64,000 bases of DNA, taken from contig JASTWF010000369.1 in assembly GCA_030390025.1 (NCBI GenBank), positions 62,001 to 126,000 on the forward strand. The letters are read 5' to 3'. The position numbers were made by a program, and so were the translations under genes. The notes under the pieces are model-generated. The model was given only the letters and a program-made list of their open reading frames with translations, was not told the origin of the DNA and did no database searches. Positions 1 through 12,155 of the stretch are shown piece after piece (position 1 is the first letter of the stretch; each line of letters starts with the position of its first letter). This DNA comes from Squalus acanthias. Its lineage: Eukaryota.

Positions 1-519
1 GTCCGTTTTATACCCTGTCTTGTCCTTTGACATCAATGGAGAAGGAAATTAGGTGGGATATTAAAAAGGTTGGTAATTTATTATCGCCTACTTTGCACTA
101 CTGCAGAAGGCCAAGTTCACCCCCGTATTCTCAACCTGCTGTCCTGACATAAAACACAGGAAAGAGTATTGGGCGATTTCTATAAACAGTGGGCCCAAAT
201 GTATCACCCAAGAAGGAATTTGAAAATCTACTCCCATATCACCCCATCAGATCAGAAATTGTTGATCAGTGTGAAAGGGCTGCAAGCGGAAGATTTGTGC
301 GACAGGGCTTCGTTCACCTCTGGGAAAGGGTGATGCGTTTCTCGATGGATGTTGTAACTTATTGGCCCGGATATTCCGCTCGGAGACATACCGCGGGCGG
401 AAGCCCCCGACCGGCAATAAAGAACCGCACCACTCTGGGCCCACGTAAAGTTCCATTGCAATCCTGAGGATTCCTGGGCAGCGTATGACGTCACGCCGCC
501 CAGGATCGCAGCAAGAGTT

Positions 520-725
520 TTTGCAAAAGTTGTTATGATCTGGAATACACTGCCTGAAAGGGTGGTGGAATCGGATTCAATAATAATTTTCAGAAGTGAA
601 TTCGATGAATCCTTCAAGGGGACATTTTGCAGGGTTATGGGGAAAGAGCAGGGCAGTGGGTCTCAGTGGAAATCTCTTTCAAAGAGCCGGCACAGGCACG
701 TGTTGCGTCATTCTAAGATTCTAAT
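520..725 (+). mobile_element. CR1 LINE 3' fragment
   Basis: VVMIWNTLPERVVE matches the CR1 ORF2 C-terminal RVVxLWNSLP motif; ends in an ATTCTAAG-type tail. Confidence 0.6.
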
Positions 726-1272
726 TGTTACGCCCTCTTTGACCTCCGCTCAAGGTCTGTTAATAACTCCAAAATGTCACCTTCTCTGCTGATCAGATGC
801 ACACTACTGACTGTATCACTTTCTGTGTTTATCTGTGAATGTTCTTCGATCTCACGTGCACCATAGAATCCCCTTTATATAAATTAGATTTAATATGAAT
901 TGGAGCACATAAAGACGCATTTTGTTGTAACTGAGATCTAGATGCAGCTAATATATATTAATTTATATGTAGCAAATATGTGCATTTAATACATCAAATG
1001 TCCTTGTATAAACCTGTAAATAAATATACACAGCTTAAAGAGTCTTGTACCATGATTGCAGAAGTGGGGATTGCGAAATATGTTGTTTGCAATGTATGAT
1101 GAGATTAATATACTGCACTCCTTACTCTTTCAACGTGCAATATCACTGCAAAATATCATATTCCCTGGCTAATAGGCATCAAGCCGGTTTGGCCGAATCT
1201 GTTTGTTCAAATGACTGTAACTAATGGCAATCATTATGTAATGCTCTTGTGTCGCTTGATGTTTCTCTCAGG

Positions 1273-1279
1273 TATAAAA
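1273..1279 (+). promoter_or_regulatory. Putative TATA box of GPCR paralogue 1
   Basis: CTCAGGTATAAAAA, 78 bp upstream of the ATG; the same context and distance occur in paralogue 2. Confidence 0.6.
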
Positions 1280-1350
1280 ACGACTTTGAATTGAAAATAG
1301 AAGTTCTGCGAGTCCACAACACGAACAGACAAGGACGCTTCTCTCCGAAA

Positions 1351-1420
1351 ATGGGACGGCCGGTAATCAGACAGATAGAAAGCATTTACTATCCGATTCT
1401 TGCAGTGATTGGCGTTCCTG
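1351..1420 (+). CDS. GPR139/GPR142-like orphan class A GPCR, paralogue 1, exon 1 (MGRPVIRQIESIYYPILAVIGVP + 1 nt)
   Basis: ATG at 1351 (GAAAATGG). The 70-nt exon ends CCTG|GTAAGA (phase-1 donor). A homologous exon with the same layout lies at 35325-35394. Confidence 0.88.
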
Positions 1421-2249
1421 GTAAGACGCTTATAATCAGTTAATATTCATCATTAACAGTGTTTCACGGTATCACTGCCCCTGCAGTCGCTCCAATAATA
1501 TCATGTTAGTTTGGATGTGCTTGTTTTGTGGACATCGATTAATGCCACCAAAGAAATAAAACAAAATGCTCCAAGATTCTGCCATATTCCTCTTGGACCG
1601 GATTTTGTGGCAGTATTAACGGTGACGTCAGCAGCGCTCACCGTTATCGACGTGAACTCGGGCAACATCTTCCAGCGACCGCACCTGCGCAGTTAAGCGC
1701 GGAAATCAGGAGGTTGCTGTCCGTGATGCCCTGTTCGTCCAAAAGGGGCGCAATTATAGTATCTTACCAAGAGATTCAAATACGTTGAATGGTGTGAGGT
1801 TGCTGTATGTAATTGATAATTAAATGGCCGCTATATGTTGATGCCGGGCAAGGTCATTGCCTGCTGGCAATTAGTCGTAAAATTTGTGCTTATAGCGCAT
1901 TGCTGCAGCTTCTGAAACTGCGTGATGTATTAAAAAGGGCCGCATTTTGCTGTAAAATTATAGTGAGGCTAATAGCAATCACCGTTATCACCCAAAATGG
2001 ACTGAACAATTGGTGACCGCACATGCGCAGTTAAACACAGAAATCTGGAATCTGCTGGTGGAGACGCTCAGCTGCTCCAAGAGCTTCCCGAACACGGCAT
2101 CTCGCCGTCTGAATCACCATTCAAATTTACTGAACTGCATGAAGATAGTGGACTTACCTCATAGATACAGACTAAACTCACAAGGAACAGGCACGGCGTG
2201 TGCATTGCAGTTAAGTACCCATTTTAACGAAGTGGTAAATATTAAATAA

Positions 2250-3890
2250 TGATTTTGCTTCAGTATTTACCAGGGTGACAGAACAGGTGGATATGAGATG
2301 GATGATGAGATTAGTACTGTACTAAGTGCTTTTGAAATAAAAAGAGTGGATATATTAACTGAACGAATAAAACTCAAAAGAGGATAAAACCCCCTGTCCG
2401 GATGGATTGCATCAACGTATTTTAACAGACTCTGGGGAAGAGAGAGCAGAGGCATTACTAAACATATTTAGTAATTCATTAGGAAAAGGACTGGCGGATA
2501 GTTAACATAATACCTATTTTCAAGAAATGGCATAGAACATGTCCAGGGAACTATAGAGTAGTCAGCTTAATATTGGTGGTCGGAAAAAAATGGAATCTCT
2601 AATAAAGGAGAAAACAGAAGAACACCTAGAAAACAAAAATATTAGAAGAAATAGTCAGCATTGATTTCAGTAGGGAAATTCTTGCTTGACGAATCTCATT
2701 GAATTTTTGAAGAGATAAAAGTGACAGTAGACAATGGTAATGCAGTAGATGTAATTTATCTAGATTGTCAAAAGGCCTTAGAAATGTTATCCCATAATAG
2801 ACTGATGAACAAGGTCATGGAATGCGGAGTCAGTGGGATCGTAGCAGAATGGATAGCTAGCTGGTTTCAAGAAAGAAAACAAAGAATAGGGGTAAAGGGG
2901 AGCTACTTACAGTGACAGAAGGTGGATAGTGGTGTTCCACAAAGATCAATGCTGGGACCACTGTTCTTCACAATTTACCTTAACGATTTAAAATTTGGAA
3001 TCAATAACACCGTTTTTAAATTTGTGGATGACACCAAATTGGGGGGATGGTGCGGTGGGGATAGTCAATACTGAGGAGGACTGCAACAAGTTACAGGAGG
3101 ACAGTAATAAACTTGCAGAATGGTCATATAATTGTTAAACGCAGTTCAACATAGATAAATGTGATCTATTACATTTTGGTAGGAAGAAAAGGGTGATCAT
3201 TTATTACTTGAAGGGTTCGAGTCTGGTTGCGGGACAGGAGCAATGGGATCTGGGAGCACAAATACACAGATCACTAAAATTTGCGACACATAGTAGAAAG
3301 GCCATAAAAAAGCAAACCAAGCACTAGGGTTTATTTCTAGAGAGATAGAATTCAAACGTAGGGAGTTGTGCTAAACCTGTATCGAACCTTGGTTAGACCG
3401 CACTTCGTGTACTGCGTACAGTTCTGATTGCCATATTATAAAAACGATATAGAGGCACTGAAGAGATTGTAGAGAGAATTTACAAGGATGATACCAGAAA
3501 TTCGAGGAAATACATATCAGGAAAGGATAAACAGGCTGGGTCTATTTTCTCTTGAACAAAGAAGACTGAGGGTGGCCTAATAGAACATTTAAAACTATGA
3601 AAGGTTTTGATAGAGTGGATACAGAGAAAATATTTCCACTTGTGGGGAAGAGCATAACTAGAGGCCATCAATATAAGATAGTCAACAAGAAAACTATTTG
3701 GGAAATCAGAAGAAACTTCTTTACCCAAAGAGTGGTGAGAATGTGGAACTCGTTACCACAGGGATTGGTTGATGCAAATAGTATAAACGCATTGAAGGGG
3801 AGGCTAGACAAGCATCAGATGGAGAATGGAATAGAGGGTTGTGCTGATAGATGTAGATGCAAGACGGAAGGAGGCTCGAGTGCAGCATAA
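2250..3890 (+). mobile_element. Degenerate CR1 LINE ORF2 (RT) 3' portion
   Basis: VDVIYLDCQKA, GVPQRSMLGP and RNFFTQRVVRMWNSLP motifs, with stops and frameshifts. Confidence 0.85.
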
Positions 3891-3891
3891 C

Positions 3892-5135
3892 CATAGAAAC
3901 ATAGAAACATGGAAGATAGGAGCAGGAGTAGGCCATCCATCCCCTCGAGCCTGCTCCGCCATTCAAAGAGATCATGGCTGATCATCCAAATTCAGCACCC
4001 TGTCCCTGCCTTCTCCCCATATCCCTTGATCCCGTTAACTTTAAGAAATATATCTAACTCCTTCTTGAATATATTTAATGCATTGACCTCTACTGCCTTC
4101 TGTGGTAGAGAATTCCACAGGTTCACGACTCTCTGGGTGAAGAAATCCCTCCTCATCTCAGTCCTAAATGGCTTACCCTTATCCTTAAACTGTGACCCCT
4201 GGTTCTGGACTCCCCGGCCATCGGGAACATCCTTCCTACATCTAGTCTGTCTTGTCCTGTTAGAATTTTATAAGTTTCAATGAGATCCCCTCTCATCCAT
4301 CTAAAGTCCAGCGTGTATAAGACCAATCGAACAATCTCTCCTCATACGTCATTCCTGCCATCCCAGGTATCAGCCTGGTGAATGTTCGCTGCACTCCCTC
4401 CATGGCAAGAGCATCCTTCCTCAGATAAGGCGACCAAAACTGCACACAATACTCAAGATGTGGTCTCACCAAGGCCCTGTACAACTGCAGCAAGACATCT
4501 TTGTTCCTGTACTCGAAACCTTTCACTATGGAGGCCAACATACCATTTGCCTTCTTAACCGCCTGCTGCACCTGCATGCTTACGTTCAGCGACTGGTGCA
4601 CAAGGACACCCAGGTCTCGCTGCACTTCCCCTTCTCCCAATCTATTGCCATTCAGATAATAACCTGCCTTCCTGTTTTTGACACCAAAGTGGTAAATCTC
4701 GCATTTATCCACATTATATTGCATCTGCCATGCTTCTGCCCAAGCACCCAACCTGTCCAAATCATACTGGAGTTTCTCAGCACCGTCCTCACGGCACACA
4801 CTCCCACCCAGCTTTGTGTCGTCTGCAAACTTGGCGATATTACATCCAATTCCCTCGTCTAGATGATTAATATATATTGTGAATAGCTACGATTCTATGA
4901 CCGATCCCTGCGGTACCCCAGTACTCACTGCCTGCCACTCGGAAAAAAAACCATTTATTTCAACTCTTTGCTTTCTGTCAGCCAACCAGTTCTCTATCCA
5001 AGTCAATACCTTGCCCCCAATCCCATGTGCCTTAACTTTACACACTAATCTCTTATGCGGGGCCTTCTGAAAGTCCAAATACACCACATCCACTGGTTCT
5101 CCCTTATCTATTTTACCAGTTACATCCTCAAAAAC
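3892..5135 (-). mobile_element. 5'-truncated CR1 LINE with (ATGTTTCT)n tail
   Basis: VDVVYLDFQKA, LVRPHLEYCVQFWSP; tail reads CATAGAAACATAGAAACAT on the + strand. Confidence 0.9.
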
Positions 5136-7148
5136 CGCCGGCATTGACTGGTTGGGCCGAATGGCCTGCTCCTGGGCCGTATATCCTCTGTAATTCTATG
5201 TAACCGCTGACACTCGGAGCAAAATCCCGCCCAATATGTTGCATTAAGCTGGAGCCAGTTATTGCGGTGACTACGCAAATGGATGTGAGCCAAGTGAAAA
5301 TAAAGCGAATTCAACCAATGCTGTGGTGTTTTAATTCTAATGCCAAGTTGCTGAATCTGGTGATTCTCCAGAAACTATGGGATAGGCTTTAGTCTTTACG
5401 TCCGGGATGTTCTGCATCAGCTGAGCGAGGCACAGCATGGAAAATATTCTGGAAGTTATCGCTTCCCTAACAAAACTGCAGTTCCTCGTACATTACTGCA
5501 AATTTAAGAAAAATGCGGTGGATTCTGTTACTACCCGTGATAATAGCCGCCAGAAATTCCTTTCTACATGCAGGGGCAGAACGCCGGTATCGTGTCTGCC
5601 TCTCGCTCCACGCCCGATGTTCAGTTCCAATGACTACAATGGAGCTGATTATCAAGCGAGGCGTGTAACAGGCGACCCATGCAATATCTTCCGTTTATCG
5701 GTACGGCCCAAGACCAATTTCTACCCACATAGTTAGGCGATGATTTAGCCCAGGCGGTTAAGACTACAATTTACCCCAAGTTTTATTTGCATGGTAGAAA
5801 TAGAGTGACAGGAATAGAATTTCCACGTGCCATCTCCCTATGTTCCACCAAAACTTGCATAGAAGGTCCTGGCTATCGGGGAGTAACGGTGTAAAGGGTT
5901 GAAATTACCACAGCAGTTCGGCAGGTACCGCCCAGAAATTCTATCAAATTGTTGCTGGAGACACAGGTCTGTAGGAGACATTTCCACTTTCAGCTGTGGG
6001 ATGAAAGGTCAGCGGGCAGCAGACCATCCGTTCTTCAGATTATCGGCCAGGAGCTGACAGTGAAATCATTTTCTTTATTACTGGTCGATTCATCCAGTCT
6101 AATAAACCAGGAGATAATTAGATCCATCAATAATAGATATTTATCCATCTGTTGATAGATTAAAAAAAATACGGTTATTCACAAAAACTGGAGAAAATAG
6201 TAATGCTGTGTCGCACATCAAGCCCCAAAAAAGGAATAGTTAAATTAGGATATGGTAGTTATATGTGTTGTCATTATGGCCACAGGAGATTTCAATTCCA
6301 TGTTTGTAAACGCCACCTTTCCCAAAGCTTAAATATCCACTCTTAACAGGAATTGAGACCTGATACAAGAGCTAATGCATTTTACATTATTCGGCTCAGG
6401 GTGGAGGCCAAAGAACAGTTTCATGTCGTCAAACTGGGACAATAATTATACTTGGCTTAAAATAAAGAATGTTAAAATATATCCGGTATTAATAGCTGAG
6501 AAATGATTTATGTGGTGGGGTGTGTTACTCCTATAGCCGCCAGTATTTGCGGGTAGAAATTATTGGGCTGTATCGTACGGGATGCCCCTACTGATATTAG
6601 GCTCTATTAGTCTAAGAAAGTGAATATCGTGCGCATTATCGCCCAAGAGAAGCAAGTTCTTGTTTGCAAAGCACAGCCATTCTATTCAGAGCCTCCCGTT
6701 TATATTAATAGATATCCCATGTTATTGAAAAACTACACTTGAAATGCATTTCTAAATGACCATGTCAGATCCATATCAGCACCGAAGCTTCGAATAATAA
6801 GTGTGATTTTATTGCTTTACGATATATCTCCAAAGTTCACGCTGCCCATGCTAATACCCCATGTGACGCTCAGCACTTAACCCGCTGCTGCAAAGTAAGA
6901 GGCTCTGGTGTTACAAAGTTAAGGCACAATCCAAACTTAAATGTTTTTTTTGAAGTAAATCAAAGAATTATTTTACTGCATATTTCGATCTAGAAATGTA
7001 TCCTGTCAGAATTGCTAATCTTGTCTGATGATGTGGGAGAAAAAGTGGAACGAAAGAAAATAATCATGGATTTTCATACAAAGCACTGTCGGCAGATTAT
7101 CTTTTCCATATCAGGAGAGTGAGTAATGAAATTTCCTCCTTTTTCCAG

Positions 7149-8053
7149 CTAATTTGTTGACAATTGTGATTCTCTGCCGTGGAAAGTGCGGTCTCTCCAA
7201 ATGCATCACCCGTTACCTGATGGCCATGGCAGTGGCTGATCTGTTGATCCTGATAATTGGTGTAATTCTCTCCAATATTAAAGATGCTTATTTCCCTTAT
7301 ACATTCTTGAATTATACTCCTATTTGTAGTCTGAATATCGCCCTGCACTTTGTGTCCATTGATTGCTCTGTCTGGTTAACAGTGGCTTTCACCTTTGATC
7401 GATTTGTTGCTATTTGTTGCCAAAGTTTGCGAACAAAATATTGCACCGAAAGGACTGCGGCTGTAGTTATAGCAGTGGTATCTTCCTTAAGCGGTTTACA
7501 AAATGTTCCAATCTACTTTGTATTTGCACCTCGGGAAATAATTGACAATGTACCATGGTCCTGCACTGTGAAATCCAGCTTCTATACCTCACCCATTTGG
7601 GCAGCATATTTGTGGTTGGAAACCATTTTAATCCCATTTGCACCATTTGTTTTGATTTTCCTGTTCAATGCCCTGACCGCCAGGCACATTGTACTGGCCA
7701 ATAGAGTGAGGAAAGGACTCCAAGGTAAAAAAAGCGGGGATAATCACAACGATCCAGAGATGGAGAACCGAAGAAAATCCATCATTTTACTGCTCGCCAT
7801 CTCAGGCAATTTTATACTTTTATGGATGGTAAATTTCATATTTTTCTTATGTGTGCAATTTACAGATGTTCAACTTTTGGAATCAAGTTACAACGACGCT
7901 TTCACAATTATGGAACAGTGTGGGTATATGCTTGGAAATTTGAGTTCATGCACGAACACTTTTATTTATGTCGTGTCCCAGAGTAAATTCAGAGAGGAAT
8001 TGAAGAATGTGATTAAGCGACCCTTGTCTATAATTACTAATTTAATCAAATAA
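7149..8053 (+). CDS. GPR139/GPR142-like GPCR paralogue 1, exon 2 (rest of 7TM; spliced protein 324 aa)
   Basis: Acceptor TTTCCTCCTTTTTCCAG| at 7148; splicing gives GVP-A-NLLTIVIL in frame. Seven hydrophobic helices, with AMAVADL (TM2), FTFDRFVAIC (DRY-like), LLWM (TM6), NTFIY (NPxxY-like) and helix 8 SKFREEL. Open to TAA at 8053. Confidence 0.92.
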
Positions 8054-8222
8054 TTTAAATGACTTCACAGAACTAAAATGCAATTATATCCGTCTGAACC
8101 TAACATCAGTCGTTCACTTCACCTGTACACACAGGAATCTCCGAAGGCGATGGGAGCTGCAATCTGGTCTCTATATTAGATGTCATACTCTCTGAGATCA
8201 AAGATGACTGGGTTAATATTAA

Positions 8223-10110
8223 ACAACAACCGGAAATGCTGGAAACACTCAGCAGGTCAGGCAGCATCGTGGAGAGAGAAGCAGAGTTAACGTGTCAGGT
8301 CGATGACCCTTCGTCAGAACTGGGAAAAAGTAACAGATATTTAGGCAAGTTTGGGGCGGGGAAAGGAAGGAGAGGAGGAAAGAACAAAAGGGAATGTCTG
8401 TGATAGGGTGGAAGGCAGGGGAGATTGAAAGACAAAAGGGATGATGTGCAAGGCAAAAGGAGATGGTAATGGAAACAAACGATGACTCTTGATGCGGTGT
8501 AAATGACAAAGGCCGAATCATCAGCAGCGGCCATGTCTGAAATTGTTGAAATCGATGTTGAGACCAGAAGGCTTAAAAGTGGCTAATCGAAAGATGAGGT
8601 GCTGTTCCTCGAGCTTACGTTGAGCTTCGTTGCAACATTGTAAGAGGCCGAGGACGGAGAGTTCAAGTGTGAGTGTAGTGGAGAATTTATTTGACAGGCG
8701 ACCGGAAACTCAGGATCATGCGTTCCGGGCTGAACGGCAGTGTTCTCCAAAGCGGTCACTCAATCTGCCTTTCTTGTCGCCAATGTAGATGAGCAGCGAA
8801 TACAGCATACTAAATTGCAGGAAGAACAAGCAAATCGCTGTTTCACCTGGAAGGAGTGTTTGGGGCCCTGGACAGTGGGAAGGAAGGAAGTGAAAGGGCA
8901 TGTGCTGCATCTCCTGTGCTTGCACGGGAAGTTGCAGTTGGAAGGGGGTTGGGGGTGATAGAAGAGTGGAATACTGAAAGGGGAGGGGAGGGAAGGGGAA
9001 AGTGTGTTTAGTGGTGGGATCATGCTGGAGGTGTCGGAAATGGTGCAGGATGATCCCTTGAATGTGGAGGCTAATGGGGTGAAAGGTGAGGACCAGGGGA
9101 ACCATATCGTGGTTCTGGGAGGGAGCGGAAGGGGTGAGAGCAGAAGTGCAGGAAATGGAATTGTCACGGTCGAGGGCCATGTCAACTACGGTAGAGGGGT
9201 AACCCTCCGTTGAGCAAAAAGGAAGACGTATCGGTTGCACGAGTGTGGAAGTTGGCATCTTCCGAACAGATGTGGTGGAGACGGAGAAACTGAGAGAACT
9301 GAGAGTCCTTACAGGGAGCAGTTTGGAAGGAAGTGTAGTCCAGGTAGCTGTGGGAGTCTTTGGGCTTATATTGGATGTTTGTCGATAGCATACCCCCAGA
9401 AATGGAGACAGAGAAGTCAATGAAGTGAAGGGAAGACTCGGAGATGGATTATGTGAAGGTCAGAGAATGGTGAACATTGTTAGCAAAGTATATGACATGT
9501 TCTTGTTCCGGGCGAGTGCCGGAAACGGCACCAATACAGTCATCAATGCACCGGAAAAAAGAGGTGAGGGAGGGGACCTGATTAGGACTGAAACAAATAA
9601 TGTTTCACATATCCCACAAAGAGGCAGGCATAGCTAGGGCCCATGCGGGTCCCCATAGCAACACCTTTAATTTGCAGTAAGTGAGTGGAGTCAAAGGAGA
9701 AGTTGTTCAAAGTGAGAAAAATTTCAGCCAGGCGGAGGAGGGCGGTGGTGGATGGGGACTGTTTGGGCCTCTGTTCAATGAAGAAGCGTAGCGCCCTCAG
9801 GCCGTCCTGGTGGGGAATGGAGGTGTAGAGGGATTGAACGTCCATAGCATAAAAGAGACGGTGTTGGCAAGTAAACAGGAAAATGATAATGTGGCGGAGG
9901 GCGTCGGAAGAGTTGAAAATGCAGGTGGGTAGAAACTGGACAAGGGGAGAAAAAAATCTGTTCCGTGTTCTTTTTCCAGTTCTGACGAAGGGTCATCGAC
10001 TTGAAACGTTAACTCTGTTTCTCTCTCCACTATACTGTCTGAACTGCTGAGTGTTTCCAGCATTTTCTGCAGCTTTTTTCAGATTTCCAGCATCCGCAAT
10101 ATTTTGCTGT
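8223..10110 (-). mobile_element. Degenerate Penelope-like element, family A, with an inverted tail copy at its 5' end
   Basis: MDVQSLYTSIPHQDGL and GVAMGTRMGPSYA RT motifs plus a GIY-YIG remnant. Inverted tail at 9960-10110. 14-bp TSD TGGGTTAATATTAA at 8209-8222 and 10111-10124. Confidence 0.9.
9978..10014 (+). ncRNA. Minimal hammerhead ribozyme motif
   Basis: AGTT-CTGACGA-AGGGTCATCGACTT-GAAA-CGTT-AACT. Confidence 0.7.
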
Positions 10111-10529
10111 TGGGTTAATATTAACGACTGCCTGTAATATAAGACTGGCGGGATAGGATTGAATCAAACACACAACACTTGTTGCATAAACTAAGAAAAC
10201 CAATTATAGAAACATATCTGTAGGTTTTCGCTAATCCTCCTCATTCCGTCAGAAACATGAGTAGTTATCTGTTGAAACAACCAACGATTCCCGTCAACTG
10301 GCGAGTCTTGCAAATTCTGCCATGGGTGTTTGATCCTTTCAGTGACAATTCCTGCCTGACCTGATATTTTGCTCCCAATTTGCGAACTTTCAATATGTAA
10401 CGTGAAATTTGAAATGTTCACCTCATAGAATAATTAGATTGAATAAACTTGCTCATCGCCTACATGGTGTTGGACAATCCAATTGGGCCGCTCCATGTCT
10501 GCTCTTTTCCAAGGAAACATCACACTCCT

Positions 10530-11665
10530 TCAAGTTTTCTATAAATGTCAATTCGTGTCTGTTACTGAACTGAGACTGTACAACTACCATATGAATATCG
10601 TCTGATATTTCATCATCCACCTGACAAATTTAGACTTGAATGTTGACACTGTTTATGGGTAAAGCACTAACCCTGCAAGTGAGTTCCACTGCCTTACAAC
10701 CCATTATGTACATAACTTTCCGCTGCACGTTGCCCCAAATCTCTTACATTTAATCTTGTATCGATGACTCCTCATTCTTGCTCACTAAACTACTGGAAAC
10801 ACGTTGCTTATATCGATCCTTTCCCAAACATCCATCGTTTTGAACACTTGTATCATATTGCAGTTGAATATTGTCCAACGGAATCAATATTTTTTTAAGT
10901 GCACTTAAATATCTCTGTGTTTCCCCAATAAGATATAATTTTAAGCAATTAATGTACTAGGGCGTTAAAAGCATTTCTTTAATGAACTGTTGCAATAATA
11001 ATTGAATGGGACAGTTTGGTGCCTCATGTTACATCACATTGTGGTATATTTTCAACTTACACCTTGAACCTGAAGTTGCAGCTAATACCTGCATTGTAGA
11101 AACTCTTTGATTTTCATCAACATTGATTTCATTGGAAATAAAAAATTGGGTAGTGTCCACAATGGGCCGCAATTCCACAAAATATATTTTACCTGTCAGA
11201 GGGAAGTTGAAAATCTAACTGTAATGTTGCCCGTCATTACCCTTGTCACCACAACGCGGGAATAATGTGATTTACCTGAACTGAACGATATACTAAGACC
11301 TTTTGATGCTTGCATATGGACAAGGGCGGGGAAGCAAAACCAAAGGTATCGCATTTGTCGCCTGTTATACGCAACGTCTGATAATCAGTTCTGTTATCTT
11401 TCATTGACCTGAATATCAGGCGTGTCGTACAATGCTCCACAAATGTGATTCCGCCTGTTTTGTCTCCCCACCTATGTCCAATTTCACACACAATAGAAGA
11501 ACAATAGCATCGTTGCATCAGACTCTCTTCACTGAACCCAGGTTTAACTTAAGCACAGGTACGGCATTACCAGTGGATTCAAAATGCATATCAGCTCTGA
11601 ACTTATTTCACCTCAAATACCTGCTGGGAGAGCAATTGCCTAAACTCCAAAAATAGGCGTGGGGG
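10530..11665 (+). repeat. Copy 1 of a ~1.1-kb diverged direct duplication (copy 2 at ~19127-20252)
   Basis: Colinear similarity throughout, e.g. CCACAAAATATATTTTACCTG..AGAGG.AAGTTGAAAATCTAACTGTAATGTTGCCC in both copies. Confidence 0.85.
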
Positions 11666-12155
11666 TCGTGGTACACCATAAACACGCAACCATTCATTGC
11701 CTTGCAGACAGCATGGTAAATTCATGCTGCCTACTGCTTTACATAAATTCAGCGTGCAGCCAGTGCATCCGTGCTGTTCATTGGATTCACGCATGAGCAG
11801 GGGGTGCATTATCACCATTGACGAGCGCTACTTAAAGGCAGCCTGCACCTCTTAAACAGAAGGTGCATTTTGGCAGCAAGAAGTGGTGAGTCATTTGAAA
11901 ACTTAGTCGTTGTTGATAGTTTGAGCATTAGCTGAACATGTTAAAGAGCGTGTACCAAGGTATTCAGACACTGCACTTGTCTTGGTGAAAACGTTGGAAA
12001 TAAGGAGAGATATCCTGTATCCACAGGAGGTTCTCCAGACAGATGCTCAGGAGGCAGTGTGAAGAAGTAGCAGCGGAGGCCAATAGCACGAGTGTTGCTC
12101 CACACAATAGTTCTGCGGCAGAGGATTTGATGAGGACGAAGTGGGACAGGCTGCA
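11626..12155 (+). mobile_element. Harbinger transposon copy 1 (left TIR and Myb/SANT-like ORF fragment, internally deleted, truncated)
   Basis: TIR-like GGGAGAGCAATTG. ERVPRYSDTALVLVKTLEIRRDILYP...RRQCEEVAAEAN is Myb/SANT-like. 12110-12155 matches 21183-21228. Confidence 0.7.

Larger units (their letters stand above)
1595..5232. mobile_element. Non-autonomous TIR element (Harbinger-type MITE) in the GPCR1 intron, split by nested CR1s
   Basis: Left end GGACCGGATTTTG...CGGTGA matches the reverse complement of the right end (GGGCGGGATTTTG...CGGTTA). The left end is repeated at about 1937. The paralogue 2 intron shows the empty site (ATATTCTTAATGT near 35561). Confidence 0.55.
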
